DNA of 63,845 nt, filler included, from Octopus bimaculoides (GCF_001194135.2; 6 parts of 6 records of this genome joined end to end with filler, not necessarily neighbours in it), one strand, 5' to 3'; counted from the whole stretch's first letter, positions 37,641 to 50,080 are shown. The notes: generated from the letters alone by a model not told the origin. Numbers and translations: made by a program.

Positions 37641-38783
37641 CATGTTGAAAGGAAAAGAGTGCATAGACACGTGCAGCCAATATATTCCTTTTGAGTTCTA
37701 CAACAGGTTTGTAGTGTTGCAATGCTGAAGTGAAATATATATATATATAACTCACTTCATCAGACGTGGACTGAAGCTTGGCGGTTTCGGGTATTTTAAC
37801 AAGCCTGCTAGCATCAGTGTGACAGCAGATTTAATATAAAAATCTATTAGGGAAACGTGTAGCAAAAACGCGTGTATCCATACGTAATGTGCATACATGT
37901 ATACATACACAGATCTGTCTGTCTTATTTTTTTTTGTTATTGTCTTAACTTATATATATATATATATATATATAGTCCCATCTAAGGGCTTTCTGAACGC
38001 GAAACCTAGGGTAATCCCATAAACCGGCCTTATCTATCTATATTACTATACTGCTCTATAACTTTTCCGGATTTATGATTTACCGAATATTACACACACA
38101 CACACACGCGCGCGCACATATCTTGAACTAAATCCTATGCAATAATCAAAATTTTATCGCGCGCGCACACACCTGAAATTTCTTCCAAAATTAGGATTTC
38201 TAGTGACACATTCCATACTTATTAATTCTTACAATCAAACACTAAATACTTTTAGTTTTTAATGCGCTTTTTTATTTATTTATTACGTAGCCAGGTTATT
38301 TTACTATAATACCCCCCTTCCCCAATTCTTATTAAAAAGGTTTGTATTTAGATTAAATGCCTAAACACTGAATAAATTATTTCTTTAAATCNNNNNNNNN
38401 NNNNNNNNNNNNNNNNNNNNNNNNNNNNNNNNNNNNNNNNNNNNNNNNNNNNNNNNNNNNNNNNNNNNNNNNNNNNNNNNNNNNNNNNNNNNNNNNNNNN
38501 NNNNNNNNNNNNNNNNNNNNNNNNNNNNNNNNNNNNNNNNNNNNNNNNNNNNNNNNNNNNNNNNNNNNNNNNNNNNNNNNNNNNNNNNNNNNNNNNNNNN
38601 NNNNNNNNNNNNNNNNNNNNNNNNNNNNNNNNNNNNNNNNNNNNNNNNNNNNNNNNNNNNNNNNNNNNNNNNNNNNNNNNNNNNNNNNNNNNNNNNNNNT
38701 TTTGCCGAATCCTAATGTGAAGTTTAAAATATACAAAGAAACTGTTTTATGGTGAAAAATTATCTGACGTTATGGTACAAGAT

Positions 38784-38815
<32 letters not shown>

Positions 38816-38993
38816 TGAAGCTCACTTAATTGCCTTTAATTACTTAAATTAAGTCAATCAATATACTTATTCAGTATGTTGGTTGGAGGAGGAGGAGGAG
38901 GGGGGGGGACTATGATCAGAGTCTGATCTGAAGTAAATAAGTTGAAAGACAATCTTGAATATAACCATATAAAGAAACTGTGTACATGCATGA

Positions 38994-39024
<31 letters not shown>

Positions 39025-39146
39025 TTTATATATATATGAATACACGCATATCTTCTTACACATTATGCATATTACACCCGAATGATGTAATAACATTTAG
39101 AGGTGGCAGGGAAGAAACGGCACACTGCACACGAGTATATATATAC

Positions 39147-39182
<36 letters not shown>

Positions 39183-39282
39183 NNNNNNNNNNNNNNNNNN
39201 NNNNNNNNNNNNNNNNNNNNNNNNNNTTAATTAATTAANNNNNNNNNNNNNNNNNNNNNNNNNNNNNNNNNNNNNNNNNNNN
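39183..39282. other. Artificial scaffold spacer 44N-TTAATTAATTAA-44N
   Basis: Same 100-bp structure, 12-mer at 39227-39238. Confidence 0.95.
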
Positions 39283-39292
39283 ATATATATAA

Positions 39293-39640
39293 ATGTTCCA
39301 GGTTCAGTCCCACTGCATGGCACCTTGGGCAAGTGTTTTCAATTATAGCCTCCGGCTGAACAAAGCTTTGTGAGTGGATATGGTAGACGGAAACTGAAAG
39401 AAGCCCATTATATATATATATGTATGTATGTATTTGTGTGTCTGTTTGTCCCCTCCTATCATTACTTGACAACTGATGTTGGTGTATTTACGTCCCCGTA
39501 ACTTAGTAGTTTGGCAAAAGAGACCAATAAAATAAGTACTAGGCTTACAAAGAATAAGTCCCGGGTTTGATTGGTTCGACTAAAAGTAATGCTCCAGCAT
39601 GGCTGCAGTCATATGACTGAAACTAGTAAAAGAATAAAAG
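39293..39640 (+). mobile_element. SINE family A
   Basis: ggttcagtcccactgcatggcaccttgggcaagtg...gactgaaactagtaaaagaataaaag. Confidence 0.85.
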
Positions 39641-40314
39641 AAATATATATATAGAGAGAGAGATGAAGGGTCTGTGTATGCAACAGATGCACTACATGCC
39701 TTACTATTTTTCTAGGATAAATAATTTTTGTGTTATATAAGATTAGTTATAGATAATTTTTCACTATCCGCATTGTATTAGTGATTTTTATTTTTTAATT
39801 TCCCATTCCTTCATTTCTTAATATGGATTGTAAGAAATTGATATTATTTAAGTAGAGAAAGCTCCTGTTTGCTTAGTGAGAAAAGAAAAGCAATGAATTA
39901 ATTGCTTTCCTGTTCTTTTTGAGAGACTGATCATGAGAGATCAAAGCAGAGAAAGGCAACTTTTTTTTCTTTTTTTTTTTTGCTTTCAGTCACTGTAAGA
40001 AAGAGAGTTCTATTATTCTCTTCAAGATGAGAGCATCAGAAGGATAACCAAAAGTGGTTAAGAGAGAGAAAAGTAGAGAAAGGCAGATTTTTTTACTGCT
40101 TGCTTTTAAGCCAGCAGACATGCTGCCAACATATTTTCTCTTGAAGCACCAATGTTTTTGCTACCCTATGTGGCAGAGGTCAAAGTTTTGCCTATTCAAA
40201 GGACTTAAAGCTTTCCCGATAGTCAAGCGGATTTAGACAAGAAATGTGTATTTAGTTAGTTTGTAAGTTTGTTTCATTTCGTAAGATTATTCAGTACCGA
40301 AGAGTATATATTTT

Positions 40315-40695
40315 GTATCTTTTACTTGTTTCAGTCATTTGACTGTGGCCATGCTGGGGCAGCACTGCCTTGGAGAATGGTTTTAGTCAAAAAATTCATT
40401 GTTCCTGTTACTAATTCTTTTTTAAGCCTGATACTTATTCTATTGACCTCTCATGCCAAACCACTAACCTATGGGAATGTAAACACACCAACACCGGTGG
40501 TGGAGGACAAGCACCAACACACACACACAGATATATACATACAACAAGCTTCTTTCAGTTTCTGTCTACCTAATCCACTCACAAGTCTTTGGTCAGCCCA
40601 AGGCTATAGTAGAAGATACTTGCCCAAGGTGTCATGTAGTGGGACCAAACCCAGAACCATGTAGTTGGGAAGCGGACTTCTTACCACACAGTCAT
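40315..40695 (-). mobile_element. SINE family A (CpG-decayed)
   Basis: cttgtttcagtcatttgactgtggccatgc...cccaaggtgtcatgtagtgggaccaaacccagaacc. Confidence 0.8.
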
Positions 40696-41309
40696 CTCTG
40701 TTTTTTTAAAAGATTTAATCCATAGAGAGTAATCTTGTTCCATTCTTAAGAGCCAAATTCAGTCATGTGACCCCAGAGTTTCCTTCTCTAATAGTTCACA
40801 CTTGGTACAAAAAGAAGTAACTGGCAAAGTTTTTTTTTTTTTTTTTTGTGATAATAGAGTTTTCATCCATTTTTCTATGCAAATCATTTTAAAAGACATT
40901 TTTCTCATTTTCATTCATCTCCCCAGGATGGCAAAAAAAGTCAATTAGCTCAGTTTCCTTTCTTCTTTCCTGACCCTTTGCAGCAAGATGCTTCACAGAA
41001 AAGAAAATTATTATCCATCTCAGAAAAGGGAAACCAAAGCTGGAAATGAAATCAAACCCAAAGTGGGCAATGTTCTCTTCAAATGCTATGAGAGTTCTGG
41101 TTGATTTCTATTGCTAAACTGCTTAACTGGAGAAAAAAAAGTGTGAGTCTCAAGAACAGTTGAAATGATGTTCTAACTTGTCTGATCTCCCACAATCTGA
41201 TTGGTTGAAAGGATTTTCAGACATTGGACCTCACAGAGGGGATGACAAGGATCTAAAACTTCTGGTGGCTTGCTGTGCTTGAGAAGACATCAAGCTAAGT
41301 AAAATCATG

Positions 41310-41612
41310 GTTGTCCTTGCATACAGGCACATTCCCCTGCATCCCGCTTCAGCTGAGTAATCTTTATCTCACAGGCTCATGGGTGTTGGTGGTATGTAAA
41401 ATGCATGTGTACCTATTCCATGTAAAAGTGCCTATGCTGATGCAGCATAAAAAGCACCCAGTACACCCTGTAAAAAGGTTGGTGTTAGGAAGGGACATAG
41501 AAACCATGTCAAATAAATGAGGAGCCCAAGAGCTGGTCAGCTCTTGTTAAACTGCCCAACCCATGCCACCATGGAAAATGGACATTAAGTGGTAATGATG
41601 ATGATGATGATA
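41310..41612 (+). mobile_element. Non-autonomous element sharing the RTE 3' tail (family D; also about 45290-45432 and 46995-47165, and minus strand about 54855-55040)
   Basis: ttaggaagggac...aacccatgccaccatggaaaatggacattaa...(GAT)n, as in the RTE tail at 53460-53613. Confidence 0.65.
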
Positions 41613-42072
41613 TACACACAGACTCATATAATATTTTAAGTAAAATGCTTTTATACACTAGAGAAATATATCTACAGAATTCTAGAGCTCACTTTTGTAA
41701 CATGTTAAAATTCAATATACAATTGCTTCAATGCAATAACAGGTATGATATTGTATAAGCTTAAAGCTGTCAATAATGAATATTTAGCTTAGAATATTTG
41801 AAAGAATAGAAAGCAAATGATCTTATTGATATTTCAAAACTGTCATTTGCTTTGTTCCACAGCTATTTCCTTGATTTTATTGATTATAATTAAACAATTG
41901 TAGTTATTAAATTGACTTAGTAGAATGTGATGAGAAGTAATTTCATTTGGGTTTTTTTTTTTGGTTTTTTTTTTTGTAAATATGAATATCAAATCACCAT
42001 TACTTTTAAAAATTTAACATTAGAAAATAAGTGTAATAAACATTACACACTCATATACTCATACATACATGT

Positions 42073-42106
<34 letters not shown>

Positions 42107-42173
42107 GTAGAAGGTTGAAAAGGAACACACGAGTTGATATATATGGGAAAAAGGTCAAGATAGAAAATGCTAA

Positions 42174-42316
42174 AATAATTTTATAACAAACATTTCAGTA
42201 CCGGTTTCAGTCGTTGAGACTTTTAATTTTTGCCTAATTTAATTGTTTTCCATACTTACAGTTGCAAAAGTCTCAATGACTGAAACCAGTACTGAAATGT
42301 TTTTTATAAAATTATT
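42174..42316. repeat. Inverted repeat (51-bp arms, 3 mismatches, 41-nt spacer) built from a hammerhead-like unit
   Basis: Arms at 42174-42224 and 42266-42316. Right arm context: CAG-TTGCAAA-AGTC-TCAAT-GACT-GAAAC-CA-GTA-CTG. Confidence 0.85.
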
Positions 42317-42643
42317 NNNNNNNNNNNNNNNNNNNNNNNNNNNNNNNNNNNNNNNNNNNNNNNNNNNNNNNNNNNNNNNNNNNNNNNNNNNNNNNNNNNN
42401 NNNNNNNNNNNNNNNNNNNNNNNNNNNNNNNNNNNNNNNNNNNNNNNNNNNNNNNNNNNNNNNNNNNNNNNNNNNNNNNNNNNNNNNNNNNNNNNNNNNN
42501 NNNNNNNNNNNNNNNNNNNNNNNNNNNNNNNNNNNNNNNNNNNNNNNNNNNNNNNNNNNNNNNNNNNNNNNNNNNNNNNNNNNNNNNNNNNNNNNNNNNN
42601 NNNNNNNNNNNNNNNNNNNNNNNNNNNNNNNNNNNNNNNNNNN

Positions 42644-42676
<33 letters not shown>

Positions 42677-42843
42677 TACGACAGGCTTCTTTCAGCTTTC
42701 CGTCTACCAAATCCATTCACGAGGCTTTGGTCGGCCCGAGGCTATAGTAGAAGACACTTGCCCAAGGTGCCACACAGTGGGACTGAACCCGGAACCATGT
42801 GGTTGGTAAGCAAGCTACTTACCACACAGCCACTCCTACGCCT
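42677..42843 (-). mobile_element. SINE family A, head half
   Basis: Ends ...ccacacagccactcctacgcct (A-box side). Confidence 0.85.
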
Positions 42844-43043
42844 ATATATATATTTTTTTTATATTTGGATGTGTATAAAATTTGTGCTAAGTAGCTGGAT
42901 GTTGCAAAGGTTATTGTCTCCCATTTGTATGCATCATATGCTTCTTATACTGCCCATCTTTTCTTCCTCAAAACAAAATATTTTACAAAAATAAAAGTTT
43001 TGTTTATATTCAAAGTTAGTGATGAATAAAGCAGATCGGAATA

Positions 43044-43136
<93 letters not shown>

Positions 43137-43278
43137 TATTGGGTAACTTTCTTATGATATGAATAAGTCCTTTGTATTTCCTACCTTATTAACTCAGTAA
43201 TGATATCTTTCAAACGAAGAGCTTTTATTATCAAAGTATGTCTGCACTTCTCACATTTCAAAAATTTATCATTTAAAC

Positions 43279-43324
<46 letters not shown>

Positions 43325-43473
43325 ACAGTTGTACAAATTTATGTGGAAGTCAAAAGCCTAGCTTTTCACAACAACTTGTATATCACAAAATTATTCCCTA
43401 ATGTGAAGATATAAATATATTTATCATCAAGAAATATAATTATTATCAACAACATTACTTGAAAAGCTCCATT

Positions 43474-43630
43474 TTAACCCTTTAGCATTTAAATTGGCCA
43501 TATCCAGCCCAAAGTGTCTACCTGTTTTATGTTCAAATTAGCCATATCCAGCTTCTTACACCTTCCTTGCAATGTCATTCTAAAAATAAACAATAACATC
43601 TTAAATCTCTAAGCTATAAGATAACACATG
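43474..43630 (+). mobile_element. piggyBac-like MITE end (also about 47235-47380; a different end at about 51955-52142 minus)
   Basis: TTAA followed by CCCTTTAGCATTTAA. Downstream sequence shared between the 43474 and 47235 copies. Confidence 0.55.
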
Positions 43631-43659
43631 ATTACTTTTTTTAAAAATGTGAATAAATG

Positions 43660-44075
43660 CAGGCATGGCTGTGTGGTAAGAAGCTTGCTTCTCAACCACA
43701 TGGTTCTGGGTTCAGTCCCACTGCATGACACCTTGGGTAACTGTCTTCTACTAAGGCCTCGGGGTGACCAAGGCATTGATTTCATTGATGGAAACTGAAA
43801 GATCATCATGTGTGTGTATATATATATATATATATATCGTGTATGTGTCTCTGTTTCTCTATGTTTGTCCCCACCCTCACCATTGCTTGACAACTGGTGT
43901 TGGTGTGTTTACATCCCTGTAGCTTAGCAGTTCAACAAAGGGACCAATAGAGTAAGTATTAGGCTTACAAAGAATAAATCCTGGGGTCAATTTCTTCAAC
44001 TAAAAATTCTTTAAGGCAGTGCTCCAGCATGGCTGCAGTTGAATGACTGAAACAAGTAAAAGAATAAAAGAATAA
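43660..44075 (+). mobile_element. SINE family A, full length, nearly all CpGs decayed
   Basis: Head ggcatggctgtgtggtaag...ttctgggttcagtccc. Tail ...gactgaaacaagtaaaagaataaaag. Confidence 0.85.
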
Positions 44076-44499
44076 ATTTGTATTAGTTTTGACAGGATAA
44101 TCCTGAATGCTTGAGGATTAAAGTTAATAACTTAATGAAAAGAATGGGAGAGTCAAGAACCTCTGAGATTAGTAACAAATCAGGGAAGGAAGAAGAAATC
44201 ACTATTTGTATCTGTATCATCTTAGAGTAAATGGGATTAAGTGCCAGTTGATAAGGCCATTTGTTCAAATTGTACTGGGGTTCCTGTTGTATTTGACAGC
44301 AAAATTTCACTGATTCATTGGCCATCTCTAATAAATAGTGGTACGATGTAGTACACCAAAACTTTCTATTCTTCTGACCTGAGAAATGCTTGCAATTAAG
44401 TGGGTACTACTGAAGTCACTCAAAGACCAGGGGGTGATGTTAAACTCAGAAAAGCACTGTTAGTGGACTCCTGTCATCTGAGTAATTTGCCTTGTACAT

Positions 44500-44640
44500 A
44501 TATTGCCATAGCCATTCTATCTTATTTTTAAGTATAGTGTATCTAGGACTACATTATCCAGTGTATCCTTCCTTTCTTTTTCTAGGGAGTGAAATTGGAG
44601 GGAGATTTGGTTGCTATATCTAGCAAATTGGGTGACCCTT
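44500..44640 (+). repeat. Interspersed repeat family E (also about 10450-10630, 21060-21260, 45770-45940, 62410-62600; minus at about 33730-33800, 46050-46190, 60740-60800)
   Basis: Recurring actacattatccagtg...gggagatttggttgctat(a/t)tctagca block. Class not determined. Confidence 0.6.
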
Positions 44641-46424
44641 TACAAGCTCTCTGATTGGTTGGTTTTGTACATCAAATGTTAGCTGATTGTTTTCACTCAA
44701 AGTACTTTATCAATTCACTTACCTAATTAATATTGGATATGGAATAATTAATTAAATCACCTACATACTCCAGTCATTAGATAAAGGTTATGAATTATAG
44801 CTTAGACTTAAATTATATTGAATAAATTTATTTATTAAATGGAGTGATTGAGTACTGTACTGTATGCCCTGCCGGATTTAGTTACCTCCCACTAAGTTCT
44901 CAGTGCACATTCCATTCTGGTCAACTTTATCTTTCCTCTCTCAATAAAATAATATGCAAGTCAACTAACGAAGAATAAGTTGATTTGTAGCTTTGTGTGA
45001 TAGTTATTTCTCTTTTAATTATTCCACACCCAGGTTTGACTGCATGATAGGAAGTTTGATTCCCAACTGTGCAGTCTTGGGGTTTAGTCCCACTGCACAC
45101 CATCTTGGGCAAATGTCTTCTGTTATAGCCCCAGGCCAACCAAAGCCTTGTGAGTGGATATAGTAGACAGAAACTGAAAGAAACTCATTGTGTGTGTGTG
45201 TGTGTTTGTTTGTTTTTTCTTGCCTTGACATCACATAATTGTAAACGAGTGTCACTGTCTTACAAGCACCATCCTTCATTTCCACTATTCTCTAAAAGTA
45301 CGTCAGGTGTCATGGGGAAATATTACCATACTTTGAAACAGGCGAGGGTTGGTAACAGGAAGAGCATCTGGCCATGGATATTTTGTCTAACCCTTGCAAG
45401 CATGGAAAAGTGGATAATAAGATTGATGATGAAACTGTGCAACCCTGCTCCTCCATCCACACGCTTCCTGGACCCTACATCAGCTAACTGGTTACAGCTC
45501 TACCAGTCTTATGCTATTTGACCCTGCACTTCACTCTTGACCCATGAGAAATGGCATTTAGGCAGGTAAATGAAGTTATTCTCTTAGGCAAGTCCTTCTA
45601 CATCAAGTATTTATTAGAGTAACAGAACATAGAATCAAAAATGTCTTGAAGGAAAAAAATGTCTCAATATGTTATGTTTAATATAAATAAGCACTATTAT
45701 TAATAGTGTGAATGATATGCGAAATATGGCACTTTCTCCCATATATTTATTGTCCACATTTGTTGTTTAGCCCCAGGTAAAACTTCATCACACAGACCTA
45801 TGGTCAGAATTATTCTAGGCATGGCCACCTTTTTCAGTTATTGGATTACAATATCCAATGTGTTGTTTCCTTCTTTTTTTTTTACCTAATGTGTAATAGG
45901 AGGTAGATTTGGTTGCTATTTCTAACAGATCAAATGATCCTGTAAAACAGGCATGTGAACTCATTTTGCACACATCTCAACTGCAGTTCATGTATCAAAC
46001 TAAAGAGAATGGTTGATTTGCTCATGATAATATCTTCCCATCATAAAAAGAAAAGAGGACAAGCTGGATGATGTAGTCCTAGATACACTATGTCTGAAAA
46101 AAATATAGACAGGATGGTCATGAATCAATTGTTTTTCTTCATAAGTCTATCTCTATGGATCAGGATATATCTAGGCTTAAACAACAACAATAACAGCAAC
46201 TACTACATGTTTATGTGCTTCTTTATGTTTGTCTAGATGTTTGTATGTTTCTCTAGATTGGCTTTAGTTGGATGGATGAATGATCCAAAATCGCTTCAGT
46301 AATGATTCTCTGTTCTCTTTAAAATGTTGGTTGGGTGAGGTCAATATTATTTAGTTCAAACCTGAACACAATGCTAGCACATCTGGTTATTTATCTAGTC
46401 TACTATTTTGATGACGGTGTAGAG

Positions 46425-46457
46425 CAGTGGTTCTCAACTGGGTTCATATGATCCTTG

Positions 46458-46489
<32 letters not shown>

Positions 46490-46881
46490 GGTGGGGGCAA
46501 GTCCATATAAGATTTTACTGTTAAAATTTGTCTGAAATAAATTGGTTATCCTTCTACAATACACAAAATATTTTAAAGAATGAAAAGTTTAGAATGGTAC
46601 AACAATGCACGATAGAACAAAAAATGGACTATATACCTGTTGTAATTTGGTTATATATAGTCCGATGATATTTCAGAATTACAGTTCCTTCTTCAGATCT
46701 TCTTAGCTGGAGTCTCTGCTATAAACAAAATATTTTAATAATTTTATTATGCAATTCCTAATAATTTTGGATTATAAAAATATAATAGGATTTTTTAAAC
46801 ATTAATTAGCTAAGAAGGTCCATCTGAGTTAAATAGGTATCAAAGGAGTTCAGAGATTAAAAAATTGGTTGAGAAACACTG
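46425..46881. mobile_element. hAT-type MITE containing a nested insertion
   Basis: TIRs CAGTGGTTCTCAAC / GTTGAGAAACACTG. 8-bp flanks gtgtagag / gtgaagaa (6/8). Nested insert 46577-46724 bounded by the 14-bp repeat acaaaatattttaa. Confidence 0.8.
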
Positions 46882-48339
46882 GTGAAGAAGGAGAGATAAT
46901 CTAACAATGATAATATTAGCAACAACAACAACAATCTGTTTGTTTTTCCCTTTCTCCCTTCTTTCATACTCTAACTCCTAATCTCCTTGCATAAAGCACC
47001 CAGTATAGATTATAAAATGGTTGGCATTAGGAAGGGCATCCAGTCGTAGAAAACATGTCAAAAGTAGACACAAGAGCATGATGCAGTCCTTGGGCCCATC
47101 AGACCCTGTTGAACCATCCAACCCATACCTGCAGCAAGGAACATGGGTTTTAATGATGATGATGCATGCATTTGATAGCTATAAAGACATACTCAGAAGA
47201 TTTGTGAGTATCTAGTTCAGATAAGTTCCTTTATTTAACCCTTTAGCATTTAATCCAGCCCAGCTAAACTACCTGTTTTATATTCAAACTGGCCAGATCC
47301 TGCCTCTTACGTTCTAAAAAAAAAAAAAAAAAAATGATCATATCATTGAAATCTCAAAGCTGTGAGATAAAAGACAATTTACAATGAAAATAAATTTCTT
47401 CTCACTAATATATTCATTGACTGGTTTCAGTCACTGGATAGTGACTGTGCTGTAGCACTGCTTTCAAGTGTTTTAGGTCTCAATTACATGGCTTCTCCCC
47501 ACCCCTCTTAGTATTTATTTTGAGTTGAACACAACTGGTTTATATTAGTAAACATAAATACAGACATAAGCATGAACACACCCATACACATATTTATATA
47601 CATGTATGTATATATTCATACACACACACGTGTGTGTATGTGTGTGTGTATCAGTTTATTTATAAATTAATTGATATTAAATTTGTTTTGTTCATGTTGG
47701 TTGTTTGCAGAGCTAATGAGAAAATAATCATCTGTGGGCTGATGAAGTGGTTTAAAAAGAAAACATAAAGAGCAACTGGATAGGAAATATGTAGGAGGTG
47801 GTGCCAAATTAAAACCATGGCAAATCTACTACAGGTCAATATCTAGCATAAAACTACTAACAAAACAGTCGAATGCTTCTATAGATAGAAGTGATGTTAA
47901 TTACAGAGCACAATAATAGAATTAGATTGAAGAAATTACAACTGATTATTCTAGAAAGATGAGAGAAGCAAACGGTAAATTTTTTAATAAATTCTGGAGC
48001 TAGAGAAGGTTCATTATTATGATCACCAGCTATGGTTGTGTGGTGAAGAAGCTAGCTTTCCAACCATATGGTTTCAGGTTTAGTTCTACTACATAGCATC
48101 TGGAGCAAGTCTCTTTTACTATAGTCCTAGGTCAACCAAAACCTTGTGAGTGGATTTGGTAGATAGAAGCTGAAAGAAGCCAAAACTTTGAAGCCACCGT
48201 CAATAATATTCTTGTTTAAGAATAATTTTGTACTCTACAAAAGTATAGAGTAACACTTCAGATTAATGTAAAATTGTTTTTATTATAACTGGACATAAAA
48301 ACAAACATTAGTGTGTGTGTGTGTGTGAAGGTTGTTTTT

Positions 48340-49733
48340 AGTTGCTATTGCAGCCAATCGGGGACACACAGTTTGGATCTGTTATAAATATATAGGTTGT
48401 ATCTGTTAATTAAAATAGCTTCTTTTATTCTCAAGTCCCCAGTGTTTCTTTCTGTGGTTTCAATGAGAACTTGGACATCTTGTGTATGGAATTTCTGTTG
48501 TTTTTTGGTGAAAGAAGCATTTGCATGGAGGTGTTTTTTTAACCCGTATGTGTAGAATTCAATACATTTGTTAAATGTGATTTTATACACCATGTATGTA
48601 TGCAGACATGTTTTCATTTTTGATCAGGCATTTGGCCTTGTTTTGTCTTGGCCTGTTTTTTGTTAAGCTCCTCCTTAGAGAAGGTCTGGAGCCTGCCATT
48701 TATATATTCAATCCTTCCTTTTATCCATATGGCAGATTTCATTAAAATATGGCAGTTTCAAAAAACATGTCTTATCCTTGAATGTGTGGGTTTTGTTAAA
48801 TGGTCTAGCAAAAGAGTATATAGAGCCATTTTCCATCAGTACCTTCTCGAACTGTATAGTGTTGGTATTTTTATGCTTCATGCCTTGGTGCATTTACTGC
48901 ATATTCAGTGAAACTTTCTAATGTTGACGATCTTAGTTCTGGTTAGCAGAGATGAATTGTAATGTACATATATGCACCTGCATGCCACTTTTCTGTAAAA
49001 GTTAGTGGAAATGGATCTGTTTACCATGATTTTGATTATAAGGTCAAGCAGAGATAATAAGTAACCATGTCATCAGGGTACTCCATTCCAAAATTTATAT
49101 ATTCTTCATATTGTTGCATATAATGTATGTTTTAACAACCTCTTCACTAGATTATGTTAATATGAGAATGTCATCCACATATCTGAGGAAAAAAGGCATA
49201 GAAGTGTCAGCTGTTGAGTGCCTTGTGTTCTAACCGGTTCATGTATGTGATGGCCAGTAGGTCTGACAAATTTTATCCCATCTACAGTCCAAAGATTTGT
49301 TTGTGAATGGCCTTTTGAACTAGAAAGTGTTGTTTATTATGATAAAGAGCTTATGGATATCTGAAGCTGTGAGCTCAAATCAGTTAAGGTTGTGAGAGGA
49401 GGCAATATGTTCAGTTGACAGCTGGGGTTGCAAAGGCATAGGTGTATAGGGAAGCAATGTCTAAGCTAAAAGGGTAATTATTTTTTCTAAGTATGGATGG
49501 GTTGAAATCTTTCAATTTACTCTTCTCTTTTATTCTTTTACTTGTTTCAGTCCTTTGACTGCGGCCATGCTGGAGCACCGCCTTTAATCGAGCGAATTGA
49601 CCCCGGGACTTATTCTTTGTAAGCCTAGTGCTTATTCTATCGGCCTCTTTTGCCAAACCGCTAAATGATGGGGACATAAACACACCAGCATCGGTTGTCA
49701 AGCAATGCTAGGGGGACAAACACAGACACACAA

Positions 49734-49770
<37 letters not shown>

Positions 49771-50080
49771 CATATATACGACAGGCTTCTTTCAGTTTCC
49801 GTCTACCAAATCCACTCACAAGGCTTTGGTTGGCCCGAGGCTATAGTAGAAGACACTTGCCCAAGATGCCACGCAGTGGGACTGAACCCGGAACCATGTG
49901 GTTCGTAAGCAAGCTATTTACCACACAGCCACTCCTGCGTTTGTTGATGATTTTGGTGGAGCTTTGAACATATCCTGAAAAGGTTTGAATTCATAGCTTG
50001 AGAATATTAGATAGAAGTCAAGAGAGGTGCTGGTTTGTTTATGACCTTGTAACTAACTTCCTGATAATAAAGGCTGATAG
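48340..50080 (-). mobile_element. Penelope-like retroelement remnant (RT plus GIY-YIG endonuclease), disrupted
   Basis: Minus-strand motifs in order: LSNILK, YVQSSTKIINKLKDF, FSLDIASLYT, KQIFGL*MG, LAITYM..LE, LRYVDDIL (49168-49187), LLDL, TNFYRK, FLKLPY, VYKITFNKC..FY, KEAILI. Confidence 0.9.
49519..49939 (-). mobile_element. SINE family A, young full-length copy inserted in the PLE RT
   Basis: Flanked by TTT/TTT. Removing it restores the in-frame IINKLKDF. Confidence 0.9.

Noticed and set aside
37745-37800. CTGATGA and GAAAC on the minus strand as another hammerhead
   Set aside because: Order is GAAAC then CTGATGA, with no workable stem I or closing stem II.
39955-40050. Strong polypyrimidine tract plus AG as an exon start
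   Set aside because: All three frames stop within 60 nt. A 5-nt microexon (TCACT/GTAAGA) cannot be supported without RNA data.
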